The notes: generated by a model from the sequence alone, not told the origin. A DNA stretch of 64,000 bases from Candidatus Sumerlaeia bacterium (GCA_039683515.1 JBDKRG010000059.1:38615-102614); one strand, 5' to 3'; numbered from the stretch's first letter, positions 38,484 through 47,544 are shown. Numbers and translations: made by a program.

Positions 38484-41432
38484 ATGCCGATTGTCTGGAC
38501 CAAGAACTTCCCCGCGAGCGAACGCCCCCTCGGATACCTGCGCCTCCTGCTGGCCCGCTACCGCTACCATAACCGGCTCGTCCCGACGCTGCGCGGCGGC
38601 CTGCCCGCCGTGCGCGAAGTCCCCGGCTACAAGGCCGTCCTCAAAAGCTGGCGCAACAAGCACCGCGGCCGGCGAGCGTTCGTCATCGGCAACGGCCCGA
38701 GCCTCAACCGCATGGACCTCTCGCCGCTCCGGGACGAAATCACGATCGGCTGCAACGCGATCTACAAAAACTTCGCCCAGTGGGGGTGGCATACCGACTA
38801 CCTCCTCTTCGAGGACATCGAGCAGACCGAGCTGCGCCGCAAGGACATCCCCGGCGTCAAGGGCCCGATGAAGCTCCTCGGCCTGCACAACGCCTACGCG
38901 ATCAAGGCCGACGCCGACACGTTCTTCATGAACGTCCGCAACCTCGACGCGGCCTTTATGGACGAACAGTTTCCGCAGTTTTCCAAGGATTTCGGCCACA
39001 TCGTCCACCTTGCGAGCACGGTCACCCACATCGGCCTTCAGCTGGCCTGGCACCTCGGGTGCGACCCCGTCTACCTGATCGGCGTCGACCACAACTACGG
39101 CGAGCTGCCGCGCCTCTACCCGCCGTGCAAGATCACGATCACCGAGGACAACTACGACCTCGTCCGCGGCATCCACGTCCAGGACGACTACTACAAGATC
39201 GGCGACGTGATCGGCGTCCCGCCGGTCGACTACATGGAGGCCGGCTACCGCAAGGCGCGCGAGGCGTTCGAGGAGGACGGCCGCCGGGTCATCAACGCCG
39301 GCCTCGACAGCAAGCTCGAGGTCTTCGAGAAGGCCGAATTCGCCGCGCTGTTCACAAAGCCCGAGCCAAGCCCGAAGGATGCGGACGGAAAACCGAAGGT
39401 CCTGTTCATCACCCACGACGTCGGCCGGCTCGGCGCGCAGATGTCGCTGCTGGGGCTGATCCGGCGGCTGCGCGCCACGCACGGCTTCGATTGCCGCGTC
39501 CTCGTCCGCGAGCCCAACGGCACGCTCATGGGCGAATTCAAAAAACTCGGCGAGACGGACGTCTTCTGGCCCGCCGACGCCCCGCGCACGATCGGCGGTC
39601 ACCAGAAGGCGATCCTCGACAAGACGCGCGCATGGGCGCCCGACCTCATTTACTCCAACACCGCCGTCAACGGCGACGTCACCGAATACCTCGGCTCGAT
39701 CGCCCCGGTCGTCGTTCACGTGCACGAGCTCGAGTGGTACCTGAAGACGCTCGACGAGCCGCGCCACCGCGCGCTTGTCAGCCAGCCGGCGCTTTACATC
39801 GCGTGCTCGGACGCGGTCAGGCGAAACCTCGTCGCGAACCACTCGATCCCCGTTGGCAAGATCGAAGTCATGTACGAGTCGATCGACTTCGACGACGTGC
39901 GCGGCAAAACGAACGCCGTCCCGCGCGAGGAAATCCGCCGCAAGCTCGGTATTCCGGCCGACGCCGTCGTCGTCGGCAATTGCGGCCGCATCGACGAGCG
40001 CAAGGGCTGGGACCTGTTCGTCGACATCGCCGAGCGCGTGATCAAGGCCAACGACAATGTTTATTTCCTCTGGGTCGGCCACGGCCCCAACCACGCCGAC
40101 CTCATCAAGGCCGCCGAGGCGCGCGGCATCGCCGACCGCGTCAAGGCGCCCGGCCCGCAGGAGAACCCGTTCCCGTACTTCAACTCGATGGACATCGCTC
40201 TCGTGACTTCGCGCGACGACCCGTTCCCGCTGGTCGTCATGGAAGCGGCGTTCCACGGCTGCCCGGTCTGCGCGTTCGCGTCCTCCGGCGGGGCGTGCGA
40301 GTTCATCGGTTCCGATCGCGGATTGACCGTGCCCGAGGTCGACGCCGCCGCGATGGCCGCGCAGATCGACCGGCTCGTGCGCGACGCGGAACTGCGCAAA
40401 AAGCTCGGCGAAAACGCGCGCCGCGCCGCGATGGGCTACGACACCGAGCCGATCGCCAGGCGCCTCATGCAAATCCTCGGCGATCGCTTCGGATTCGGCT
40501 CGCTCAGTCCATCTCGTCCGCAATCCGATGCTTCACGCATCCTTTCGTTCCCGTCGCGCGCGGTCGGCAAGCTGCAAATCCGCGACGCCGGCTCGCGCGT
40601 CTGGTCGTGGCGCGACCTCGCACCGGCCGCCGGCCACGTCGAGGTCCCGCCGGGCCAGGAAGTCCTCTTCCTGCTCGACCGCGACGCCGCGTCCGACGTC
40701 TCGTTCTTCAGCGCCCTGGAGCCCGACGCGATCCAGTCGATGTTCCTCGGCCGCACGCAATTGAACGACCGCCAGATCGAAAACGTCGCGCGCATGAGCG
40801 GCCTCTTGACGCTCGACCTGCGCGAGACGCCGATCACCGACACAAGCGCCGGCCACCTCGCCAGGCTGACCGCGCTCAAGTCGCTCGTCCTCCCGTCGCA
40901 GATCACCGAGGCCGCCGTCGCGCGCCTCAAGACCGCCCTGCCCAATTGCAACGTCACGCGCGCCGACGGCCCGCCGACGCTCGCGCAGGCGCAGCCCGGC
41001 GGCCGGCGCACCGTCACGTTCCCGGAGAAATCCGTCGGCTTGCTCATGACCCGGCCGTGGGGCCTGACGGTGTGGAACTGGAACGAGCTCGGCTCGGCGA
41101 AGGGAGAGGTGGCCGTCCCGCCGCGCAGCGAGCTGATGCTGGTCGTCAGCCGCGGCTGCGCGAATGATTTAGGTTTTTTGGACCAATTAAATCCCGATGA
41201 CATCCAGTCGATCCACATGCGCCAGGCGGCGATCGGCGACGATCAATTGAAGCGCCTCGCGCGCCTGACCGGCCTGCGCACGCTCGACCTGCGCGACAGC
41301 AAGATCACCGACGCCGGCACGCAACAACTGAAGTCGCTACTCAATTTGAAACTGTTGAACCTGCCAGATCAAATCACGGCCAATGTAAGAGCGGACCTCA
41401 AGAAATCCCTGCGTGATTGCAGAATCAACTAA
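38484..41432 (+). CDS. multidomain glycosyltransferase: DUF115 (Maf/CstII-like, GNGPS motif) + GT4 glycosyltransferase + two LRR-like tail modules
   Basis: N-terminus …RAFVIGNGPSLN… (DUF115 / motility-associated-factor / sialyltransferase-like). Middle: GT-B family-4 motifs (…GNCGRIDERKGWDLF…, EAAFHGCPV…). C-terminal 290 aa hold two copies of the module shared with the Wzt-like ATPase. Confidence 0.7.
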   Translation: MPIVWTKNFPASERPLGYLRLLLARYRYHNRLVPTLRGGLPAVREVPGYKAVLKSWRNKHRGRRAFVIGNGPSLNRMDLSPLRDEITIGCNAIYKNFAQWGWHTDYLLFEDIEQTELRRKDIPGVKGPMKLLGLHNAYAIKADADTFFMNVRNLDAAFMDEQFPQFSKDFGHIVHLASTVTHIGLQLAWHLGCDPVYLIGVDHNYGELPRLYPPCKITITEDNYDLVRGIHVQDDYYKIGDVIGVPPVDYMEAGYRKAREAFEEDGRRVINAGLDSKLEVFEKAEFAALFTKPEPSPKDADGKPKVLFITHDVGRLGAQMSLLGLIRRLRATHGFDCRVLVREPNGTLMGEFKKLGETDVFWPADAPRTIGGHQKAILDKTRAWAPDLIYSNTAVNGDVTEYLGSIAPVVVHVHELEWYLKTLDEPRHRALVSQPALYIACSDAVRRNLVANHSIPVGKIEVMYESIDFDDVRGKTNAVPREEIRRKLGIPADAVVVGNCGRIDERKGWDLFVDIAERVIKANDNVYFLWVGHGPNHADLIKAAEARGIADRVKAPGPQENPFPYFNSMDIALVTSRDDPFPLVVMEAAFHGCPVCAFASSGGACEFIGSDRGLTVPEVDAAAMAAQIDRLVRDAELRKKLGENARRAAMGYDTEPIARRLMQILGDRFGFGSLSPSRPQSDASRILSFPSRAVGKLQIRDAGSRVWSWRDLAPAAGHVEVPPGQEVLFLLDRDAASDVSFFSALEPDAIQSMFLGRTQLNDRQIENVARMSGLLTLDLRETPITDTSAGHLARLTALKSLVLPSQITEAAVARLKTALPNCNVTRADGPPTLAQAQPGGRRTVTFPEKSVGLLMTRPWGLTVWNWNELGSAKGEVAVPPRSELMLVVSRGCANDLGFLDQLNPDDIQSIHMRQAAIGDDQLKRLARLTGLRTLDLRDSKITDAGTQQLKSLLNLKLLNLPDQITANVRADLKKSLRDCRIN

Positions 41433-41434
41433 GC

Positions 41435-41466
41435 GATGAGAGATGAAATAATTCTCATCTCTCATC
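41435..41466. terminator. bidirectional terminator-like hairpin (GATGAGAGATGA stem)
   Basis: gatgagagatgaaataattctcatctctcatc (12-bp stem) lies between convergent genes. More ctcatc units follow. Confidence 0.55.
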
Positions 41467-41489
41467 TCTCATAGCTCATCTCTATCTCT

Positions 41490-42869
41490 CTATCCCTTCC
41501 GCATCCGCACGATCGTCTCGATGTGGTACGTGTGCGGGAAGAGGTCGACGGGCTGCACGGCTTCGATCTTGTAGCCGTGGTCCTCGAACTCGAGCAGGTC
41601 GCGCGCGAGCGTCGCCGGATTGCACGAGACGTAAACGAAGACCGGCGCGCCCAACTCGATCAGGCCGCGCCGCGAGCGCTTGTCCATGCCGCCGCGCGGC
41701 GGGTCGATGATAATCCTCGAAAACTCGCCGCCGGCCGCTTGTTTAGCAAGCGGCAGACCCTCGTCCATTGGCGCGGCCAGGAACGTGACCCCCTCGATCC
41801 CGTTGCGCCGGGCGTTCTCGCGGGCGTCCCAGATCGCCTCGCGGATCAGCTCGACGCCGACCACGTTGGCGCCCTGTCTGGCGCAGTGCAGCGCGATCGA
41901 GCCCGCGCCGCAGAACGCGTCGAGGACGCGCGTCCCCGGCTCGATCTGCGCCATCTCGACGACCTTCGCGTAGAGCAGCTCGGCCGCGACGGTGTTCGTC
42001 TGGAAGAACGACTGCGGCGAAATCCGGAACGTCAGGCCGTTGACCGTCTCGATCAGCTCCGGCTCGCCCCAGCGCCACGCCTCCTTCTCGATTCGCGCGA
42101 CGTCGCTCATCCCCGTATACAAGCCCCACATCATTCCCTTGAACCCCGGGACCTTCGCCGCGAGCCGCTCGGCAAGGGCTTCCTTGTCGGGCAGCGTTCC
42201 GCGTTGCGTGATCAGCACGAGGATGCATTCGCCGGTCGTGCGGGAGTGCCTCATCATGGCGTGGCGCAAAAATTTCGTGTGCGTCTTGGGGTCGTAGGCC
42301 TCGAGCCCGTGCTCGCGCACGTAGGCCTGGACCTCGGCGAGCATGACGTCGAGCGACTCCGGCTGAAGCAGGCACGCCGGCACCTCGAAGACGCGGTCGT
42401 AGCGGCCCGGGACGTGGAACCCGAGCACGCTTTTCGCCTCGCCGTCGACTCCGAACGTGAATTCCATCTTGTTGCGGTAGCGCCACTGCACGGGCGAGCC
42501 GATGATCGGCATCACCTCGAAATCGCGCTGGCGGCCGATGTGCGCGATCGTGTCGAGGACCTGCTTCTGTTTCCAGACGAGCTGCTGGTCATACGTGAAA
42601 TTCTGCCACGTGCACCCGCCGCAGTACCCGAACAGGGGGCACGGCGGATCGGCGATCCGATGCGGCGAGGGGCGCTCGATCTTCTCGATCACCGCCTGCG
42701 CATGATTCGCCTTTTTCTTGATGATCCGCGCCGAGACGAGCTCGCCCGGGAGCGCCCCCTCGACGAAAACCACGAATCCGTCGAGCTTGCCGACCCCAAG
42801 CCCGCCATAAGCCAAATCCTCGATTTCGACGCTGACGACGTCGTTTTTGCAGACCGGTTTTTGATTCAT
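41490..42869 (-). CDS. rlmD: 23S rRNA (uracil-5-)-methyltransferase RlmD/RumA family (TRAM + Fe-S + SAM MTase)
   Basis: TRAM domain at the N-terminus. Cys cluster CPLFGYCGGC. SAM-binding motif VLDAFCGAGS. PPRGG and a catalytic Cys near the C-terminus. ATG at 42869 preferred to the track TTG at 42890. Confidence 0.8.
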   Translation of the reverse strand: MNQKPVCKNDVVSVEIEDLAYGGLGVGKLDGFVVFVEGALPGELVSARIIKKKANHAQAVIEKIERPSPHRIADPPCPLFGYCGGCTWQNFTYDQQLVWKQKQVLDTIAHIGRQRDFEVMPIIGSPVQWRYRNKMEFTFGVDGEAKSVLGFHVPGRYDRVFEVPACLLQPESLDVMLAEVQAYVREHGLEAYDPKTHTKFLRHAMMRHSRTTGECILVLITQRGTLPDKEALAERLAAKVPGFKGMMWGLYTGMSDVARIEKEAWRWGEPELIETVNGLTFRISPQSFFQTNTVAAELLYAKVVEMAQIEPGTRVLDAFCGAGSIALHCARQGANVVGVELIREAIWDARENARRNGIEGVTFLAAPMDEGLPLAKQAAGGEFSRIIIDPPRGGMDKRSRRGLIELGAPVFVYVSCNPATLARDLLEFEDHGYKIEAVQPVDLFPHTYHIETIVRMRKG

Positions 42870-42980
42870 CGGGTGAGAAATCCTTGTCAACTTCGGCCTT
42901 CATGCACGCGGCCATCGATATCCTAACACGAACCCCAGACGCATGAAAGCGCGCAGTCGCCCGAGCGCAGGCGGGGAAGC

Positions 42981-43007
42981 GTGGGGCCGGCGCCCCCGCC
43001 GGCCATT
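42981..43007. repeat. REP-like 27-mer with GC hairpin (copy 2)
   Basis: Identical to 17697-17723. Sits in the divergent rlmD/queE promoter region next to a tcgtaatcg motif (43026-43034). Confidence 0.75.
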
Positions 43008-43092
43008 TCGTATTCATGCTCATCATCGTAATCGCGTGTCGACTCTTCTTTTCCCCCTGTTATCTTCAATTCCACCGTGCTAAAGTGTGGCC

Positions 43093-43788
43093 ATGGAATC
43101 GCTTCGGATGACCACCGCCGAGTCCAACGCCCCCAGGCGCGCCGCGACGCTGCCGATCAACGAGCTGTATGCCTCGATCCAGGGCGAGTCGACCTACGCC
43201 GGGCGGCCCTGCTCGTTCGTGCGGCTGACCGGCTGCCCGCTGCGCTGCGCCTGGTGCGACAGCGAGTTCTCATTCGCCGGCGGCAGGGGCATGACGATCG
43301 ACGCGATCGTGGACGAGGTCGCCCGGCTCGGCCTGCCGCTCGTCGAGGTCACCGGCGGCGAGCCTCTGGCCCACCCCGGCTGCGCCGAGCTCCTGACGCG
43401 GCTGTGCGACGCGAATTTCACGGTTCTGCTCGAGACCAGCGGCGCGTTCGACGTCTCGCCGGTCGACCCGCGCGTCATCAAGATCCTCGACATCAAGTGC
43501 CCCGGCAGCGGCATGGCCGACCGCAACACCTGGGAAAACCTCGGCCGCCTCTCGCCCGCCGACGAGATCAAGTTCGTCCTGGCCGACCGCGCCGACTACG
43601 AGTGGGCCCGCCACATCATCGAGCGCAACCCGGTGCTGCGCGACGGCCGCCCCGTCCTTTTCTCGCCCGTGCACGGCCAGCTCGAGCCGGGCGAGCTCGG
43701 CGACTGGATCGTCGCCGACCGCCTGCCGGTCCGGCTTCAAATCCAGCTTCACAAATACGTCTGGCCCAACCGCAACCGGCTCGTGTAG
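43093..43788 (+). CDS. queE: 7-carboxy-7-deazaguanine synthase
   Basis: Radical-SAM QueE pattern: ELYASIQGEST…GRPCSFVRLTGCPLRCAWCDSEF…VEVTGGEPL. Track start GTG 43087; ATG 43093 chosen. Confidence 0.8.
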   Translation: MESLRMTTAESNAPRRAATLPINELYASIQGESTYAGRPCSFVRLTGCPLRCAWCDSEFSFAGGRGMTIDAIVDEVARLGLPLVEVTGGEPLAHPGCAELLTRLCDANFTVLLETSGAFDVSPVDPRVIKILDIKCPGSGMADRNTWENLGRLSPADEIKFVLADRADYEWARHIIERNPVLRDGRPVLFSPVHGQLEPGELGDWIVADRLPVRLQIQLHKYVWPNRNRLV

Positions 43789-43802
43789 ACCGCCGCCCTG
43801 CT

Positions 43803-44735
43803 TCAGCCAGACACCACCTGATTGACCAGCACCCCGATCCCCTCGACGCCGCATGCCACAATATCCCCGGCCTTCAAGAACCGTTGCGGCGTCCTGAACG
43901 CGCCCACGCCCGCGGGCGTCCCGGTCGCGATCAGGTCGCCCGGCCGGAGCGTCATCCCGCGCGACAAATAGGAAATGATGCAGGGCAGCGAGAAGAACAT
44001 GTCGTCGGTGTCGCTCTCCTGCATGCGCTCGCCATTGACGTCGGTCCAGAGCTTGAGCGGCCATTTGCCCCCGAGTTCGTCGGCCGTCACGATCCACGGC
44101 CCGCACGGCGCGAACGTGTCGAAGCTCTTGGCGCGGGTGAACTGGCGGTCGCTGAACTGGCAGTCGCGCGCCGAGACGTCGTTCATGACAGTGTAGCCGG
44201 CGACGTATTTCAGCGCGTCGGCCTCGCTGACGTTGCGCGTTATTTTGCCGATCACGGCGACGACCTCGCACTCGTAATCGACCTGCGTCGTCACGCCGGG
44301 CGGCGGCAGCACGATCGGGTCGCGCGGCCCGGCGAGCGCGCTGGCATACTTGGCAAAGATCACCGGCGCGCGCGGCGCCTCGATCGGCTTCTTGAAAAAC
44401 GCCTTCTGTTCCGCGACGTGGCTCTTGTAATTGAACCCGAGCGCGATGATTTTCTCGGGATCCGGAACCGGCGGCCCAAGCTCGACGTCGTCGAATCGCA
44501 TCCACCACCGCGGCCGGCGCTCGCCGGCAGCAATGGATCTCTCCACCATCGGCAGCTGCGCGATCACGTGCTGCGCCGATGCCATCCCATCGTCGCCCAT
44601 TACCAGCAATTCGCGGACCGAACTCGGCAGCCGTACGCCATACGCCTTTCCCGACCGCTCCGCATCAACCACCCAGTCGCCCCAAACCAAACCGGCGCGA
44701 ACCGACTCTCCAACACGATATGAAATAATTTTCAT
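43803..44735 (-). CDS. fumarylacetoacetate hydrolase (FAH) family protein
   Basis: FAH-fold motifs (…IIALGFNYKSH…, DYECEVVAVIG…, GTPAGVG…). Confidence 0.8.
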   Translation of the reverse strand: MKIISYRVGESVRAGLVWGDWVVDAERSGKAYGVRLPSSVRELLVMGDDGMASAQHVIAQLPMVERSIAAGERRPRWWMRFDDVELGPPVPDPEKIIALGFNYKSHVAEQKAFFKKPIEAPRAPVIFAKYASALAGPRDPIVLPPPGVTTQVDYECEVVAVIGKITRNVSEADALKYVAGYTVMNDVSARDCQFSDRQFTRAKSFDTFAPCGPWIVTADELGGKWPLKLWTDVNGERMQESDTDDMFFSLPCIISYLSRGMTLRPGDLIATGTPAGVGAFRTPQRFLKAGDIVACGVEGIGVLVNQVVSG

Positions 44736-44908
44736 TTATCTTCCCCTGCGATTTCGTTACCGCAAATGCATTTTCACCGCCCGCGGTTCGCGCTTCAAGC
44801 TGGATTATGATGATTCGGAATTTTATGCTCAATGTTATGATGTTTCGTAACACGCCCACGCCGGTACAACCGATCGGACGTGCATTTTAGCAAGGACGCA
44901 TCGACCTT

Positions 44909-46222
44909 ATGCCCACTCAATCCAAACGCAGCCGCAAGCATAGCAACACACCCACCGTCGGCGTCATCGGACTTGGCTACGTCGGCCTGCCGCTCGTCGT
45001 CGAAATGGCCCGCAGCGGCGGCTTCAACGTCATCGGCTTCGACGTCAGCGTCGACAAAGTCGAATCGATCAACATGGGGAAATCCTACATCGAGGACATC
45101 CCGACCTCCGAGCTCGGGCCGCTCGTGCGCGAGGGCCGGATCCGCGCGACCTACGACTTCAGCCACCTCGAACAGGTCGAGGCGGTCTCGATCTGCGTGC
45201 CCACCCCGCTGCGCAAGACCAAGGACCCCGACATCTCCTACATCCTGGCCGCCGTCGACGAAATCCAGCAGCACCTCCAGCGCGGCCAGACGATCATCCT
45301 CGAATCGACGACCTACCCCGGGACGACCGACGAGGCCGTCCTGCCGGTCCTCGAGTCGACCGGCCTCAACGTCGGCGAGGATTTCTACCTGGCGTTCTCG
45401 CCCGAGCGCGTCGACCCCGGCAACCCGCAGTGGAAAACCCGCAACACGCCGAAGATCGTCGGCGGCATCACCGAGAAATGCACGAAGCAGGCGATCAAAT
45501 ATTACGGCCGCGTCTTCGAGAACATCATCCCGGTCAGCTCGACGCGCTGCGCCGAGATGGTCAAGCTCCTCGAGAACACGTTCCGCAGCGTCAACATCGG
45601 CATGGTCAACGAGATGGCGCTGATGTGCGACAAGCTCGGCCTGGACGTCTGGGAAGTCATCGAGGCCGCCGCGACCAAGCCGTTCGGCTTCATGCCGTTC
45701 TTCCCCGGCCCAGGCCTCGGCGGCCACTGCATCCCGATCGACCCGCATTACCTGTCGTGGAAGCTCAAGACGCTGAACTACCAGGCCCGCTTCATCGAGA
45801 TGGCGGCCGAGATCAACGGCTCGATGCCGCGCTACGTCGTCCAGAAGGTCGCCGACGCGCTGAACGACGCGGCCAAGCCGGTCAACGGCTCCAAGATCCT
45901 CGTCCTCGGCGTGGCCTACAAGCGCGACGTCAGCGACGTCCGCGAGAGCCCGGCCCTGGACATCATCGAGATGCTCGCCGACCGCGGCGCCGACGTCACC
46001 TACCACGACCCGCACGTCCCCGTGCTCGACGAGAACTCGATCGAGATGAAGTCGGTCGAGCTGACCGCCGGCCGACTGCGCCGCGCCGACTGCGTCGTGA
46101 TCGTCACCGACCACAAGGCGGTCAACCTGCCGATGGTCGCGCGCGAGGCGCGCCTCATCGTCGACACCCGCAACGCCACCAAGCGCCTCAAGAATCCGAA
46201 GGCAAGAATCGTGAAGCTGTAA
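44909..46222 (+). CDS. nucleotide-sugar dehydrogenase (UDP-GlcNAc/ManNAc dehydrogenase-like, Ugd/WecC/WbpA family)
   Basis: GVIGLGYVGLP Rossmann motif. Catalytic GGHCIP. Family-typical C-terminal domain. Confidence 0.85.
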   Translation: MPTQSKRSRKHSNTPTVGVIGLGYVGLPLVVEMARSGGFNVIGFDVSVDKVESINMGKSYIEDIPTSELGPLVREGRIRATYDFSHLEQVEAVSICVPTPLRKTKDPDISYILAAVDEIQQHLQRGQTIILESTTYPGTTDEAVLPVLESTGLNVGEDFYLAFSPERVDPGNPQWKTRNTPKIVGGITEKCTKQAIKYYGRVFENIIPVSSTRCAEMVKLLENTFRSVNIGMVNEMALMCDKLGLDVWEVIEAAATKPFGFMPFFPGPGLGGHCIPIDPHYLSWKLKTLNYQARFIEMAAEINGSMPRYVVQKVADALNDAAKPVNGSKILVLGVAYKRDVSDVRESPALDIIEMLADRGADVTYHDPHVPVLDENSIEMKSVELTAGRLRRADCVVIVTDHKAVNLPMVAREARLIVDTRNATKRLKNPKARIVKL

Positions 46223-46242
46223 CCGCACAAACGACGCAAAAA

Positions 46243-46283
46243 CGCCGGAGCCGCGAATCAGCGCGCTCCGGCGGTTTTTTTGT
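46243..46283 (+). terminator. rho-independent terminator
   Basis: cgccggagccgcgaatcagcgcgctccggcg hairpin followed by gttttttt. Confidence 0.7.
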
Positions 46284-46314
46284 TCGCTCTTTCGGAAAGC
46301 TATTGGAATTTACT

Positions 46315-46343
46315 CCGCAATCCGAAATCCGCAATCCGCAATC
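46315..46343. repeat. CCGCAATCC heptamer-like array (relative of 20133-20170)
   Basis: ccgcaatccgaaatccgcaatccgcaatc, bracketed by cggaaag…ctttccg. Immediately 3' of the argC stop. Confidence 0.6.
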
Positions 46344-46346
46344 AAT

Positions 46347-47378
46347 TTACTTTCCGATCAGCCCCAGCGTCTCGGGCAGGCCGAACATGATGTTCATGTT
46401 CTGGACGGCCTGGCCGCTGGCGCCCTTGGTCAGGTTGTCGATCGTCGAGACCACGATCAGCGTCTCGCTGTGCTTGTCGGCAACGACGCCGATATCGACG
46501 AAGTTCGTCATGTAGGTCGCGGCCGTCGCCGGGACCGCGCCCGGCGCCATCAGCCGGATGAACGGCTCGCTGCCGTACTTGTCCTCGAACCACGCGTGCG
46601 CCTCGGCCGTCTCGATCGGCCGGCGCATCGGGATCGTGCACGTGGCCAGGATGCCGCGGTTCATCGGCACGAGGTGCGGCGTGAACGTCAGCGTGACCGG
46701 CCAGCCGGCCACTTTCGAAAGCTTCTCCTCGATCTCGGGCCGGTGCCGGTGCTTGCCGACGCCGTAGGCCGAGACCGCCTCATTGCACTCGGGGAAATGC
46801 GTGTTGTCGGACGGCTTGCGGCCGGCCCCGGTCACGCCCGACATCGCGTTGATGACGATGCGGTCGAGCTCCAGGTCGTCGGGCTGGTGCATGAGCGGCG
46901 CCAGCGCCAGGATGCTGGCCGTCGTGTAGCAGCCCGGGTTGGCGATCGCCTGCGGGCCGGCCAGTTCCGGCCGGAACAGCTCGGGCAGGCCGTACGGGAT
47001 CTTCGCGTTGAGCTCGGGGGCCTGGTGCGTCACGCCGTAAGTGGCCTCGAACAGCCCGATCGAATCGAACCGGAAGTCGGCGGACAGATCGATCACGCGC
47101 AGCCCCGACGCGAGCAACTCGCCCATGTAGGACTGTGCGGCGGTGTGCGGCAGCGCCAGGAACACCACGTCGCAGCGCTCGGCCAGGGCCTTGGTGTCCA
47201 TCGGCTCGATCTTGCAGCCGACCTGCCCGCGCAGGAACGGGAAGTAGTGCTCGACCGGCTCGGGGGCGTCGACGCGCGCCATCAGGCACTCGACCCGCGC
47301 CTCCGGATGAAACGCGAGCAGCCGCATCAGCTCGCCCGCCGTGTAACCCTTCGCCCCAAGAATGCCAACCCGGATCAT
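46347..47378 (-). CDS. argC: N-acetyl-gamma-glutamyl-phosphate reductase
   Basis: MIRVGILGAKGYTAGEL…, catalytic Cys region …NPGCYTTASILAL…. Collinear with ArgC. ATG 47378 preferred to the track GTG 47396. Confidence 0.9.
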   Translation of the reverse strand: MIRVGILGAKGYTAGELMRLLAFHPEARVECLMARVDAPEPVEHYFPFLRGQVGCKIEPMDTKALAERCDVVFLALPHTAAQSYMGELLASGLRVIDLSADFRFDSIGLFEATYGVTHQAPELNAKIPYGLPELFRPELAGPQAIANPGCYTTASILALAPLMHQPDDLELDRIVINAMSGVTGAGRKPSDNTHFPECNEAVSAYGVGKHRHRPEIEEKLSKVAGWPVTLTFTPHLVPMNRGILATCTIPMRRPIETAEAHAWFEDKYGSEPFIRLMAPGAVPATAATYMTNFVDIGVVADKHSETLIVVSTIDNLTKGASGQAVQNMNIMFGLPETLGLIGK

Positions 47379-47508
47379 GTTTACATCGACCTCCACCGCA
47401 GAATGTTCCCCATGATATCGCCCCCGCCCCCGATTTGAAATAGCATTTTGAGTGGTTTTTAGTCACGATGGATCGGTTCGTTTTCTGAGACCGATGCCGA
47501 TTTTCGAT

Positions 47509-47520
47509 CACGATTACGAG
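47509..47520. repeat. CACGATTACGAG motif in divergent argC/ABM promoter region
   Basis: cacgattacgagcgcga. Fourth occurrence of the CGATTACGA core in a divergent promoter. Confidence 0.55.
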
Positions 47521-47544
47521 CGCGATCAATAGGAGGGCAATACC

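Noticed and set aside
38454-41167. 689-aa minus ORF and 795-aa plus ORF overlapping the glycosyltransferase gene
   Set aside because: Arg-rich alternate frames. The GT frame has recognisable DUF115 and GT4 motifs.
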